Assembly (NCBI GenBank): GCA_943788175.1
Contig: CALSPG010000007.1
Coordinates: forward strand, 64,001 to 128,000
Direction of reading: 5' to 3'
Length of the DNA stretch: 64,000 nucleotides
Source: an uncultured bacterium
GTDB lineage: Bacteria; Fidelibacterota; Marinisomatia; Marinisomatales; UBA1611
Positions 20,329 to 30,757 of the stretch are shown in pieces (position 1 is the stretch's first letter; each line of letters opens with the position of its first letter). The notes under the pieces are model-generated. The model was not told the origin of the DNA. It saw only the letters and a list, made by a program, of their open reading frames with translations, and did not search any database. The translations under genes were made by a program, and so were the position numbers.

Positions 20329-22983
20329 ATGATTAGATATATTATTTATATTGCGATGACTTGCGGAATCTTTGCTCAAACCACTGGTAAAATTTCTGGC
20401 ATAATAAAAGACAAGTCTGATTCTTCGCCCTTGCCAGGAGCAAACGTATATCTTGAAAATTCTTCTTTTGGAAATGCATCAGATGGAAATGGAAGATTCA
20501 CATTAATTAATATTCCGCCAGGGAAATACAATCTCAAAATTGATATGATTGGTTACAAGTCTATAAAAATGGAAAATATTTCTGTTTCCGTTAATAGAAC
20601 CTTTTCATTAGAAGTGGATCTTGAACAGACTGTGATTGAGGGTGAGGTTGTTACAGTTGAAGTTGCTAGGTTTTCTCAAAAAAAAGATCAAACAGGGACA
20701 ATTAAAAATATTTCAGGAGATGAAATAAACGCACTTCCAGTAGAGAATGTTGGGGCAGTAGTTAATATGCAAGCAGGTGTTGTAAACGGGCATTTTAGAG
20801 GCGGTAGAAATACTGAAGTTACCTATATGGTTGATGGCATACAGGTAGATGAAACATTTGGTGGATCAAGCGCAACAGTAGATATTCAGCCTGAAGCTGT
20901 GCAAGACTTAGAGGTTGTCACGGGGACATTTAATGCTGAGTATGGTAGAGCTATGAGCGGAGTGGTGAATGTTGTGACAAGAGATGGCGGGTCTAAATTT
21001 GAAGGTTCTGCATCATTGGGTGGTTCTTCATATTTTACGGATAATAATGATATTTTTATTGGACTTGACCCATCTGTCAATAAAAGCCAAGACATTAAAT
21101 TTAGTTTAGGTGGTCCTCTCGTAGGAAATAAGATAACTTTTTTTAGTAATGTAAGAGTGCAAAGTAATAATGGACACTTAAATGGTCTTAGGTTGTTTGA
21201 AGTAGATAATTTTTCAAATTTTTACACGGATGACTCACTGCTCTGGTTTTCAGAGAAATCGGGAGACAGTTCGTATGTGTCTATGAATTCAAGTAATAAT
21301 TTATCTGCTCTATTTAAGTTGAGTTTTAATCTTTTTAACGGTATCCGTTTTTCAACACTATACTCACACAGTGACGATAGTTGGCAGGGCTATGATCATT
21401 CTTTTAAATATAACCCAGATGGTAGGTCAACTGATCATAAAGTCACAAATTATTTTGCTTTTCAATTAAACCAAATGTTATCTCAAAAATTATTTTATGA
21501 ATTGAAGTATTCTGTTGTAGATAATGACTTTGGTAGTTACGTATATGAAAACCCATTAGACAGTAGATATGTACATGATCGTTATTATGATAGTTATGGT
21601 CCAGGGTTTTTAACAGGTGGTCAATCAAAGGACCATACGACTAGATCAATGACAGATCAGACTTTTAAATTGGATGTTAACTGGCAAGCTAATCACACGC
21701 ATAGTATTAAAGCAGGCCTTCACTATTTTAATCATGATTTAAAGAATGAGCGGTACGAAATAAGGAATAAATTTTATAATTCGGGTAGTGATTCTTCTTA
21801 TGTACCTGAAATTTTTGGAGATTCATCTGCTTATGCAGATGTTTATAACATTTCCCCAAAAGAAGTAGCATTTTATGTTCAAGATAAAATGGAATTTGAT
21901 GACATGGTTATTAATATTGGACTGCGTTATGATCAATTTGACCCTGAAAGTGTATACCCTTCAGATAGAAGAAACCCAGCAAATCAGCTAATTTTACCAG
22001 ACTCTATGATGAGTTTGTATCCTCAGGCTCCGGTTATTTCTCAAATTAGTCCAAGGGTTGGTTTTGCATATCAGTTAGGTGGTCAAGCTGTTCTGCATTT
22101 TAGTTATGGTCATTTTTTCCAGATGCCTCCTATGTATGCTATGTATGAAAATAATAGTTTTTTGGTTGACCCAAATAATTTTGTTACAAGGATGGGTAGC
22201 ACATTATTAGAACCAGAAAAAACAATTACCTATGAAATAGGTTTGTGGCAAGAATTAAATCAAGTGATGGCTCTAGATGTAGCACTTTTTTATAGAGATA
22301 TTTATAATTTATTAACTACTAAAACCATTTCAACCTATAATCAGGTAAAGTATGGATTATTTTCTAATAAAGACTATGGAAATGTTCGTGGGCTTGAGTT
22401 AAAGCTAGACCTTGCACTAGGTCAATTGAAAGGTATGGTAAATTATACATTACAATATACTAGGGGGAATGCTGATTCCCCTGGGCAAACATTTGACAGG
22501 GCTGGTAATAATCAAGACCCGGTAAATAGATTTATTCCAATGGGCTGGGACCAAAGGCATACACTGAACGGGTCTTTAATATATGGAACTGAGAAATACG
22601 GTGGTTCTATGACAGCATATTATAATTCGGGTTCTCCTTATACTTTCACGCCACAAAGTGAAAGCGTTTTATCTAGAATCAATTTGTACCCCAATAATGA
22701 TTATAGGCCTGAGAAATATTCTGTTGATTGTTCATTTTACTATCGCTTCAAACTGCCTGGTGGTTATAATGCCAATTTGGATTTAAATATTTATAATTTA
22801 TTTGATAGGTTAAATGAAGAGTGGGTCAATGAGCAAACCGGGCGCGCCTATACCGCAATAATTAAAGAAACAGATATTGCTGGGCATAGAAGTGATTTTA
22901 ATGATTATGAAGATCGTATAGAAAACCCATCGATGTATTCTTCACCTAGAATGGTAAAAATTGGTATCGGAGTTAATTTCTGA
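20329..22983 (+). CDS. TonB-dependent receptor with N-terminal carboxypeptidase-regulatory-like domain
   Basis: TTGKISGII..PLPGANV; plug HFRGGRNTEVTYMVDG, GTFNAEYG..SGVVNVVT; C-terminal PRMVKIGIGVNF. Confidence 0.93.
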   Translation: MIRYIIYIAMTCGIFAQTTGKISGIIKDKSDSSPLPGANVYLENSSFGNASDGNGRFTLINIPPGKYNLKIDMIGYKSIKMENISVSVNRTFSLEVDLEQTVIEGEVVTVEVARFSQKKDQTGTIKNISGDEINALPVENVGAVVNMQAGVVNGHFRGGRNTEVTYMVDGIQVDETFGGSSATVDIQPEAVQDLEVVTGTFNAEYGRAMSGVVNVVTRDGGSKFEGSASLGGSSYFTDNNDIFIGLDPSVNKSQDIKFSLGGPLVGNKITFFSNVRVQSNNGHLNGLRLFEVDNFSNFYTDDSLLWFSEKSGDSSYVSMNSSNNLSALFKLSFNLFNGIRFSTLYSHSDDSWQGYDHSFKYNPDGRSTDHKVTNYFAFQLNQMLSQKLFYELKYSVVDNDFGSYVYENPLDSRYVHDRYYDSYGPGFLTGGQSKDHTTRSMTDQTFKLDVNWQANHTHSIKAGLHYFNHDLKNERYEIRNKFYNSGSDSSYVPEIFGDSSAYADVYNISPKEVAFYVQDKMEFDDMVINIGLRYDQFDPESVYPSDRRNPANQLILPDSMMSLYPQAPVISQISPRVGFAYQLGGQAVLHFSYGHFFQMPPMYAMYENNSFLVDPNNFVTRMGSTLLEPEKTITYEIGLWQELNQVMALDVALFYRDIYNLLTTKTISTYNQVKYGLFSNKDYGNVRGLELKLDLALGQLKGMVNYTLQYTRGNADSPGQTFDRAGNNQDPVNRFIPMGWDQRHTLNGSLIYGTEKYGGSMTAYYNSGSPYTFTPQSESVLSRINLYPNNDYRPEKYSVDCSFYYRFKLPGGYNANLDLNIYNLFDRLNEEWVNEQTGRAYTAIIKETDIAGHRSDFNDYEDRIENPSMYSSPRMVKIGIGVNF

Positions 22984-25900
22984 TGAAATTGTTATTGTTA
23001 TTGTTATTGTTTTCCCAGTTGTTTTTTTCATTAATCTTCGCCCAGGGTCGACCTTATGCAGGCCCAGAAGACCCAGCGGGAGATCCTTCAGCTGAGCGTG
23101 AAGGGTATATGACAGGTAACAGGGTATTACTTTATTTTAAAAATACAACAGAGCTTTCTGATTGGCCAGCAACAAATGCTTCGAGGTGGCCAAATAATAA
23201 TGATGGTGTAAAGATGGTAGACGGGATAGGGCTCTTGGTTGGAGCTAAAGTATACATTAAAGATGATGGAGATGCTTCCACCGTGGACACAATCCCACTT
23301 ACTGACCCAATAGATATATTTACTCAGGATAAACACACATTACATTATTTGCAAACTAGTTACCGTGAAGAAATGGATCGGGACCCTACCGGCACTGTTG
23401 AATGGGGTTTTTATCCTGTTTTTGGATATTTTAATGAATCTGGAGAATATCCAGCTGTCTCAAATATCGAAGATTCATGGCCTTCCAGTGGTTGGCCGTC
23501 TGCTGGTTTAGAAAAAAAATGGCAAGGGGAATGGAATGGTAGATTTGGCCGAGGCGTTAAATATGCTGATCAAGAAAGTTATTATGTTGTTAATGATGCT
23601 CAAGATTTAGAATATCTCGGACCTGAAGACTTTGTTAAATATTACCCAAGGCCTGGATATAATATAGGAGATATTAAGCCGGATGTCACAAAGCAACGTG
23701 GCGAATCTTGGGGTGGTTTAGGGCTGCGTGTTGCTGTTCGTGGTTTTCAATGGAATAATCCTCAAGCTAGAGATGCTATTTTTTGGGAGTATTCAATCGC
23801 CAATGTATCTGACTACGATCTAAGAGATGTAGCTTTTGGATACTGGGTTGATAATGGGATTGGTAATGATGCTTCAGATGATATTGGCTTTTTTGATTAT
23901 GAAATTGATATGTCCTATTCTTGGGATATTAATGGTGTTGGTTCCGGTGGGCTTCCAACGGGGGTAATGGGTTTTGCATACCTAGAAAGTCCAGGCTTAG
24001 CTTATGATATGATTGATAACGATGGTGATGGATTAGTAGATGAAAAAAGAGATGTTGAAGCAACTGCCATTGTTGGTGCTACAGATGGAATAACAGACCT
24101 GAATGCTTTTTTAGATTATTATAAATTAACAGCTGATGATTTAAAACCTCATTGGGATGCTGACGAAGACCAAGATTGGGAGGATGGTGAAGATTTAAAT
24201 GGTGATGGTATATATCAACTTGCTGAGTTTTATGGAGATGATATTGGGATAGATGGCGTAGGTCCTGGAGAAATAAATTATACTGGCCCAGATGCTGATG
24301 GGTCAGAGTGTAATCATAGGCCTGATTTTGTTGAGGGTGTTGGCTGTGAGCCTAATTTTAATACAACAGATGTATCTGAATCTGATATGGTTGGGCTTAC
24401 ATCTTTTAGGATGTTCCCAATTCCAAGTCACGCGGCTTCAAATGAAACGCAGTGGTTTAAAAATGATGCAGTTATGTGGGATTTAATTGGTGGAGACACA
24501 TTAGAAGAGTTTGAAGGAAATATTTCAAACTTAGTTGAGGTTTTTGCATCGGGTCCTTTTCCATTATATCAAGGACGAGTTGAAAGAATTTCAATGGCTG
24601 AACTACATTCCTATGATCCTCTAGCGGGGCTTAACAGTCCTGGACATGAATCTCCAGCGCTTTACGAGCTTAAGAGGATTGTTCAGGTGATTTATGAAAA
24701 AGACTATCGATTTGCTCAGCCACCAAGAATGCCCACTATTTCAGCTACGGCTGGCGATAGTGAGGTTATTCTAACTTGGGATGATATTGCGGATACAAGG
24801 ACTAGGGACCCCTTCGTTGGAAACATTAATGATTTTGAGGGTTATAAGGTTTATAGGGCAACAGATAAATACATGGCTGATCCAGAAATTATTACAGATG
24901 GTTATGGTACTCCAACATTTAAGAAACCAATTTATCAATGTGACTTAATTGATGAATTTAGTGGTTTTACTGATTTTGGTCTCGTCAATGGTACAGGTTA
25001 TAATCTTGGAAACAACTCTGGAATCACACATATTTTCGTAGATAATACAGTTCAAAATGGGCGTACGTATTATTATGCTGTTGTTGCTTATGATTTTGGA
25101 GCGCCAAATATTGGACCGGGGATTTCACCATCAGAAAATAACACAGTCATTGAATTGGATGAGTATGAAAATATTAGGTCTATAGGTAAAAATATTGCCA
25201 TTGTCACTCCTCATCAAAAAGCAGCTGGGTATATATCTCCTGAAGTTGAGGTTGAAGAACGTTCTCTTCTCGGGTCTGGTATGGTCTCTCCTTTAATTAG
25301 AGCGCAAGGGAGCCTCAAAAAAGGGCATGAATATTCAATATCTTTTGGTATTGATACAGTATCTACTATTAGTGGATATGATAAGGGAATTCAATATACA
25401 ACTAGTGAAATCAATGTTTATGACCTTACTGATAGTGTTTTGGTTTACAGTGAAAACCCAACAAAATTTATAGGGAACAATCTTTTATATAGAGATACAG
25501 TTAATTATTGGACCCTTAATCCAAATGCAAATATATCTTCAGATGTATTTGATGGTCTGCAGTATGAAGTGAGTGATTATGTTGAAATCCCTGAGTACAG
25601 TTATCAAAATTCCGGATGGATAAATGGTAATGGTATAATGAGAGTTACTCCTTCATTATCAGAGGGTATTAAAATGCCATGGAATTACAAGGTTGTATTT
25701 ACTGATGATGATAATACATACGTTGGCGTGGCAACATCTGGAACGGTTAGGGATGAAAATGGTGCTTCAATAGGTTCATCTAAAATATCAAATCAGGCAG
25801 TTAATTTTTATGTTCAAAACACTTCATTTATTAATGAGTCAGGTGGTTATGACTTAATGGATGTGGTAATACATGATGTTAATGACAATGATATCTTTGA

Positions 25901-26435
25901 CTTGTACGAAGATAGGATTTTTATAGGAGCAACAGTAGGGACAAGGTGGCGAGCTACTGCTTTTGTCTTGGATTTTCAACTTTCAACTGAGACAACAATC
26001 CCAAAAGATGGGGATGTGTATCAAGTAGATTGGAATCGGCCATTTTATATAACGGACTCTATTCATTTCACTGTTAATTATTCAGAAGATTTAGACATTG
26101 AAGCCTTATCTAGCTCTATGGACAATATAATGGTAGTACCAAATCCATATGTAATGTCAAACATGATGGAGGAAGCAGTTACTAATCCTTTTTTAAATCA
26201 AAGAAGAAGAATTGTTTTTACAAATATCCCATCTCAGTGTTCTATTAAAATTTTTACAGTAAGTGGTGTTTTGGTGGATGAAATAAATGTAAATAATCCC
26301 CCAGAAAATGGTCTTATACAATGGGATATGCTTACCAGAGAAAGTTTAGAAATAGCTGCAGGGATGTATATATATCATGTCGAGGCAACAGAGACGGGCG
26401 ATACTAAAATTGGCAAGTTTGCGGTAATAAAATGA
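22983..26435 (+). CDS. Uncharacterised 1150-aa secreted protein with acidic DxDGDG loops, Fn3-like part and variant sorting CTD (TBDR partner)
   Basis: Signal peptide; DNDGDGLVDE, DLNGDG; DFEGYKVYRAT, NGRTYYYAVVAYD; C-terminal VVPNPY...IKIFTVSG...AAGMYIYHV...GKFAVIK. Confidence 0.8.
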   Translation: MKLLLLLLLFSQLFFSLIFAQGRPYAGPEDPAGDPSAEREGYMTGNRVLLYFKNTTELSDWPATNASRWPNNNDGVKMVDGIGLLVGAKVYIKDDGDASTVDTIPLTDPIDIFTQDKHTLHYLQTSYREEMDRDPTGTVEWGFYPVFGYFNESGEYPAVSNIEDSWPSSGWPSAGLEKKWQGEWNGRFGRGVKYADQESYYVVNDAQDLEYLGPEDFVKYYPRPGYNIGDIKPDVTKQRGESWGGLGLRVAVRGFQWNNPQARDAIFWEYSIANVSDYDLRDVAFGYWVDNGIGNDASDDIGFFDYEIDMSYSWDINGVGSGGLPTGVMGFAYLESPGLAYDMIDNDGDGLVDEKRDVEATAIVGATDGITDLNAFLDYYKLTADDLKPHWDADEDQDWEDGEDLNGDGIYQLAEFYGDDIGIDGVGPGEINYTGPDADGSECNHRPDFVEGVGCEPNFNTTDVSESDMVGLTSFRMFPIPSHAASNETQWFKNDAVMWDLIGGDTLEEFEGNISNLVEVFASGPFPLYQGRVERISMAELHSYDPLAGLNSPGHESPALYELKRIVQVIYEKDYRFAQPPRMPTISATAGDSEVILTWDDIADTRTRDPFVGNINDFEGYKVYRATDKYMADPEIITDGYGTPTFKKPIYQCDLIDEFSGFTDFGLVNGTGYNLGNNSGITHIFVDNTVQNGRTYYYAVVAYDFGAPNIGPGISPSENNTVIELDEYENIRSIGKNIAIVTPHQKAAGYISPEVEVEERSLLGSGMVSPLIRAQGSLKKGHEYSISFGIDTVSTISGYDKGIQYTTSEINVYDLTDSVLVYSENPTKFIGNNLLYRDTVNYWTLNPNANISSDVFDGLQYEVSDYVEIPEYSYQNSGWINGNGIMRVTPSLSEGIKMPWNYKVVFTDDDNTYVGVATSGTVRDENGASIGSSKISNQAVNFYVQNTSFINESGGYDLMDVVIHDVNDNDIFDLYEDRIFIGATVGTRWRATAFVLDFQLSTETTIPKDGDVYQVDWNRPFYITDSIHFTVNYSEDLDIEALSSSMDNIMVVPNPYVMSNMMEEAVTNPFLNQRRRIVFTNIPSQCSIKIFTVSGVLVDEINVNNPPENGLIQWDMLTRESLEIAAGMYIYHVEATETGDTKIGKFAVIK

Positions 26436-27478
26436 TTAAATATTTACTCATTCTTTCGCTCTTAATTTTATCTAGCATTGACGCTCAAATGATTCATCGA
26501 TATGGAACAACAACTGGAAATTTTTTAGAAATAGGAGTTGATAGCGAAGGCAGTGCTATGGGTGATGCTTTTGTAGCAGTTTCTGATGATATTTCTTCTA
26601 TATATTGGAACCCGGCAGGATTAGCTAGTTTAAATATGCCAAAATTAGCATTTATGAGTCAGCCTTGGATTGCTGGAATTAACATGTCTTTTACAGCTGG
26701 CGCATTCATCATTCCTAATTTAGGTAATATTGGTTTTGGCTTAACGCAAATGAATTATGGTGAAATGGATGTTACTACATTAGAATATCAAGGTGGTACA
26801 GGTGAGAGTTTTACGGCTTCTGATATTGCGGCATCGTTAACATTTTCACGGAAATTAGTTTCCTGGTTTTCTTTCGGTTCAACAATAAAATATGTAAGGT
26901 CTAATATTTGGCATAGTTCTGCTAGTGCGGTTGCTATTGATCTTGGAGTATTAGTTAATACAAATTTCTTTTCCTTTACGGGAAAAGATGAAGATGGTTT
27001 AAATATCGGGATGAGTATTTCAAATTATGGAAGTCGTATGCGGTTTGATGGTATAGATATTTATCAACCAATTGATATTTCTGAATATGAGGAGGGAAAT
27101 TATGGAGATGTCCCGGGACAATTCAGACCATCTGATTGGGAATTACCTTTGATTTTTAGGATTGGAGTTGCTCTAAAACCAATAAAAAATAATATTTCAC
27201 AACTTACACTTTCTGCAGATGCATTGCATCCTAATAACAATTCTGAGTCTATTAATGTTGGATGTGCTTTAGATAATACAATACCAGGCGTAGGTGTTTT
27301 TAGCTTAAGAGCTGGTACAAAAGCTTTATTTATGGATAAGACCGAATATGGTTATACCGCAGGCTTGGGTTTTAAGCTTTTTTATGTAGGAAATAAATTT
27401 GTATCTGTTGATTATGCTTATAAATCAATCGGTTTATTAGGCAATGTTAATGTATATACATTGGGATTTTCATTTTAG
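26432..27478 (+). CDS. PorV/PorQ-family outer-membrane beta-barrel
   Basis: FLEIGV..SAMGDAFVAVSDDISSIYWNPAGLA N-terminal motif of FadL/PorV-like barrels; terminal YTLGFSF. Confidence 0.85.
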   Translation: MIKYLLILSLLILSSIDAQMIHRYGTTTGNFLEIGVDSEGSAMGDAFVAVSDDISSIYWNPAGLASLNMPKLAFMSQPWIAGINMSFTAGAFIIPNLGNIGFGLTQMNYGEMDVTTLEYQGGTGESFTASDIAASLTFSRKLVSWFSFGSTIKYVRSNIWHSSASAVAIDLGVLVNTNFFSFTGKDEDGLNIGMSISNYGSRMRFDGIDIYQPIDISEYEEGNYGDVPGQFRPSDWELPLIFRIGVALKPIKNNISQLTLSADALHPNNNSESINVGCALDNTIPGVGVFSLRAGTKALFMDKTEYGYTAGLGFKLFYVGNKFVSVDYAYKSIGLLGNVNVYTLGFSF

Positions 27479-27484
27479 TATCAT

Positions 27485-28957
27485 ATGATGCTCCGGATCT
27501 TTTTTGGAGTCCTTTTCCTTCTCCTATTAACTAATTGTTCTAATAAAGACATATCAAAGCCAAGCCTTGATATTCTTGCACAGGTTGGTGATAAAATAAT
27601 TACGAAACAAGATTTTATTAGAAGATCTGAGTACACAATAAGACCAGATTATTGTAGACAATCAAATTATATACATAAAAAAATTATACTTAATTCGCTT
27701 ATTGCTGAAAAAATAACTTCTATTGAAATGGAAGATAAAGAGGATGTTTTACTAAATAGTCAGAATTTTCATTATTATTTGCAAGGTAGAAAAGAACAAG
27801 CGATGAGAAAATTATATTATTATGAAAACTTTTATAAAGGTGCCAAAGTTCCTGATAGCATAGTTAACGAAAAATATAAATTAGCAGGCAGAACAATAGA
27901 TATTAGTTATATCAACTTGCCAGATATCAATACGGTACAGAAAGTTAAACAGCTTATTTCCCAAAACATTACAATTGAAGAAATTTATTTTTCAATATGG
28001 GGAGATACAATACCAACTAAAAAAATTAATTTTTTTGATAAGGAACCCGATATCATTCACGAAAAATTATTTGTGATAGATAATAAAAAAAATCAAACAA
28101 TTGGTCCCTTTGAAGTTGAAGACGGCAGCTTTTTAATCATGAAAATTAACGGTTGGTCCGATACAAAATTTATATCTGCAGTTAATCAAGAAAAAATATG
28201 GGAAGATGTAGAAAAATTGGTAAAAGAAAAAGAAGCGAAAACTAAATATTTGAGTTTTGTTAAAAAAATGATGTCTGGCAAAAGTATTCAATTCAACAAA
28301 GATGTTTTTGAAGACTATGCACACAAAGCTTCTAAAATCTATTTACAAGACCCAATGGATAAAAAAGATGCAATTAATAAAATGTTATGGGATGAAATAG
28401 AAAATCCTAAAAAAATTAGTCTCCAAAACAATCCAAACATAAAACCAGGCGATGTTATTATGATATTTGATAATGAAGAAATAACAGTCGAAAAATTAAA
28501 CCGCCTAATAAAATCCCACCCTTTAGTTTTTAGAAAAAGAAAAATAAGTGAAGGTAGATTTAGACAGGAATTAAAATTAGCTCTAGCTGATTTAATAAGA
28601 GATGTTGAGCTAAATAAAAAATGTTATGATCTAGAACTTCATAAGGATATTAGAGTTAAAACAAATGTGGATATGTGGCATGATGCTTATTCAAGCAAAA
28701 GGTTTATGTCTTCTCTAAAACTTGCGGCAAAATCAGAAAGAAAGAACAAATACAATTTTGATAACAATGTAATAAACTATTTACAAAATAAACATTCGAA
28801 TATTATAAAAATTAACACAGATATGTTTGAAAATATTACTATAACATCGACAGACATGCTTGTTTCAGAAAGAGGCCTTGCCTATCCTTTTATTGTTCCT
28901 TCATTTCCAGTTATTACATCTGATGATCGGTTAGATTATGGCTCAAAATTAAATTAA
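27485..28957 (+). CDS. Lipoprotein, SurA/PrsA/PpiC-like chaperone (degenerate PPIase)
   Basis: Lipobox LTNC; ILAQVGDKIITKQDF; GPFEVEDGSFLIMKI; helical flanks. Confidence 0.65.
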   Translation: MMLRIFFGVLFLLLLTNCSNKDISKPSLDILAQVGDKIITKQDFIRRSEYTIRPDYCRQSNYIHKKIILNSLIAEKITSIEMEDKEDVLLNSQNFHYYLQGRKEQAMRKLYYYENFYKGAKVPDSIVNEKYKLAGRTIDISYINLPDINTVQKVKQLISQNITIEEIYFSIWGDTIPTKKINFFDKEPDIIHEKLFVIDNKKNQTIGPFEVEDGSFLIMKINGWSDTKFISAVNQEKIWEDVEKLVKEKEAKTKYLSFVKKMMSGKSIQFNKDVFEDYAHKASKIYLQDPMDKKDAINKMLWDEIENPKKISLQNNPNIKPGDVIMIFDNEEITVEKLNRLIKSHPLVFRKRKISEGRFRQELKLALADLIRDVELNKKCYDLELHKDIRVKTNVDMWHDAYSSKRFMSSLKLAAKSERKNKYNFDNNVINYLQNKHSNIIKINTDMFENITITSTDMLVSERGLAYPFIVPSFPVITSDDRLDYGSKLN

Positions 28958-28966
28958 AGAATTCTA

Positions 28967-30757
28967 ATGAAATTTATTTTAATAGTCTCCATTTTTTTAA
29001 ATATTGCTTATTGCAGGCAATACAGGGGTGCAGAATTGCGAACGACAGAATCTTTTCTTTATGGTAGGTTTGATGCTTGTTTTAAGCCAGCTCAGGGCGA
29101 TGGTTTAGTTTCATCTTTTTTCACTTACAATGATGACAACCCTAATACACCTTGGGCGGAGATAGACGTAGAGGTTTTAGGTGTTTATAATAATGTTGTT
29201 GATTTTAATACAATAACAAGGGGTCAAGATTCACATATTAGACAGCACTATGTGGATTTTAACCCACACCTGAATTTTCATACTTATAGCTTTGAATGGA
29301 CACCCGATTATGTAGCCTGGTTTATTGACAATGATGAGGTCTATAGGCAAACAGGGTCTCATGTAGACTCTCTTTATGTATCACAAAAAATTATGATGAA
29401 TATTTGGAATCCAGTATATACGGATTGGGTTGGCTCTTGGGACTCTGAAATCTTACCAAGATTTTCTTATTATGATTATGTTAGTTATTCAGCATATACG
29501 CCCGGGACAGGGGATAATGGTACCGAATCTAATTTCACATTTTCTTGGAAAGATGATTTTGACACTTTTGATGATAATAGGTGGGAAAAAAGTGATGATC
29601 ATACCTGGGGAGGGAATCAATCCCTTTTTATTGATGAGAATATTTATTTTGAAAATGGTAATCTAATTTTATGTCTTACAGATGAAGATAATATTGGGTA
29701 TGTAGATAATTACCCACCCAAAGTTCTTTGGGCCAGACAAAATGAAGATATTTTAACTATTCGGTATAGTGAAGAAATAGATGAGTCCAGCGGTGTTGAA
29801 TTAAGCAATTATAGTTTATCAGGGGTTACATTTACAAATGCATTAATGCATAATGATCAAAGAACTGTTGATCTAACAATGGATCAATTCATCTTAAGCT
29901 CTACTGCTATGGGGATATTTAATGCTCAGGATGATAGTGATAATCTTGCCAGTACAAATATAGTTTGGATTGATATTCCTCAACCTTTGGGGGATACTAT
30001 AAAGATTAATACTGGAGGTGGCCCTGCTGCTGATTTTTTACAAGATCAGATTTGGGGCCCGGATAAAGAATATGGGCATGTTGCAGGTAATTTTCAATTC
30101 GCTAGTGATGATGTAGACATTCAAAATACTGAGAATGATGATATTTATAGATCATCATTAAACAGGGTAGCTCTCTATAAAATTAGAGTTAAACCCGGGG
30201 TCTATTCATTGGGACTATCCTTTTCCGAAAATCACTATGACAATGCGGGAGAAAGAGTTTTTGATATTTTTGTTGAAGGCAATCTCAAGGTAGATGGGCT
30301 TGATGTTCTTGATCATGTCCCAGCTTTTTCTTTATATAATATTAGTCTTGATAATATTGAAGTTCTAGACGGGGTCTTAGATATTCATCTATCTGCAGAT
30401 ATATATGGTGTGGGATATGCTGCTGCCGGAACATTTATTAATAGTATTGAGGTCATGCTTGAAAGTTCACTTTCAAATGACACAAATGTGTTGAATAAAT
30501 TTTCATTGCAAAAACCATATCCAAATCCATTTAATAATCAAATTTCGATTCCCATAATTAGCAATATTAAAAGCAAAGCACTTATAGAAATATTCGATGT
30601 AAATGGTAGAAAAGTTGAAACCATATATAATGGGATAATTTTACAAGGGAAGACTGAATTTAAATGGGATGCAAAATTTTACTCGTCTGGGACTTATTTG
30701 ATATACTTACTTATAAATGGAGAGAAATCGTATGAAAAAATCATGCTTATTAAATAA
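28967..30757 (+). CDS. GH16 licheninase-type (circularly permuted) + Ig-like + malectin domain + T9SS-like CTD
   Basis: YRGAELRT..YGRF, EIDVE, post-core WKDDFD..RW..LILCLT; malectin-like INTGG..FSENHY..GERVFDIFVEG; YPNPFN CTD. Confidence 0.88.
   Translation: MKFILIVSIFLNIAYCRQYRGAELRTTESFLYGRFDACFKPAQGDGLVSSFFTYNDDNPNTPWAEIDVEVLGVYNNVVDFNTITRGQDSHIRQHYVDFNPHLNFHTYSFEWTPDYVAWFIDNDEVYRQTGSHVDSLYVSQKIMMNIWNPVYTDWVGSWDSEILPRFSYYDYVSYSAYTPGTGDNGTESNFTFSWKDDFDTFDDNRWEKSDDHTWGGNQSLFIDENIYFENGNLILCLTDEDNIGYVDNYPPKVLWARQNEDILTIRYSEEIDESSGVELSNYSLSGVTFTNALMHNDQRTVDLTMDQFILSSTAMGIFNAQDDSDNLASTNIVWIDIPQPLGDTIKINTGGGPAADFLQDQIWGPDKEYGHVAGNFQFASDDVDIQNTENDDIYRSSLNRVALYKIRVKPGVYSLGLSFSENHYDNAGERVFDIFVEGNLKVDGLDVLDHVPAFSLYNISLDNIEVLDGVLDIHLSADIYGVGYAAAGTFINSIEVMLESSLSNDTNVLNKFSLQKPYPNPFNNQISIPIISNIKSKALIEIFDVNGRKVETIYNGIILQGKTEFKWDAKFYSSGTYLIYLLINGEKSYEKIMLIK

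Noticed and set aside
22989-23012. (TTGTTA)n repeat at the start of the 1150-aa gene as a contingency locus
   Set aside because: The hexamer unit keeps the frame and simply encodes the poly-Leu signal peptide
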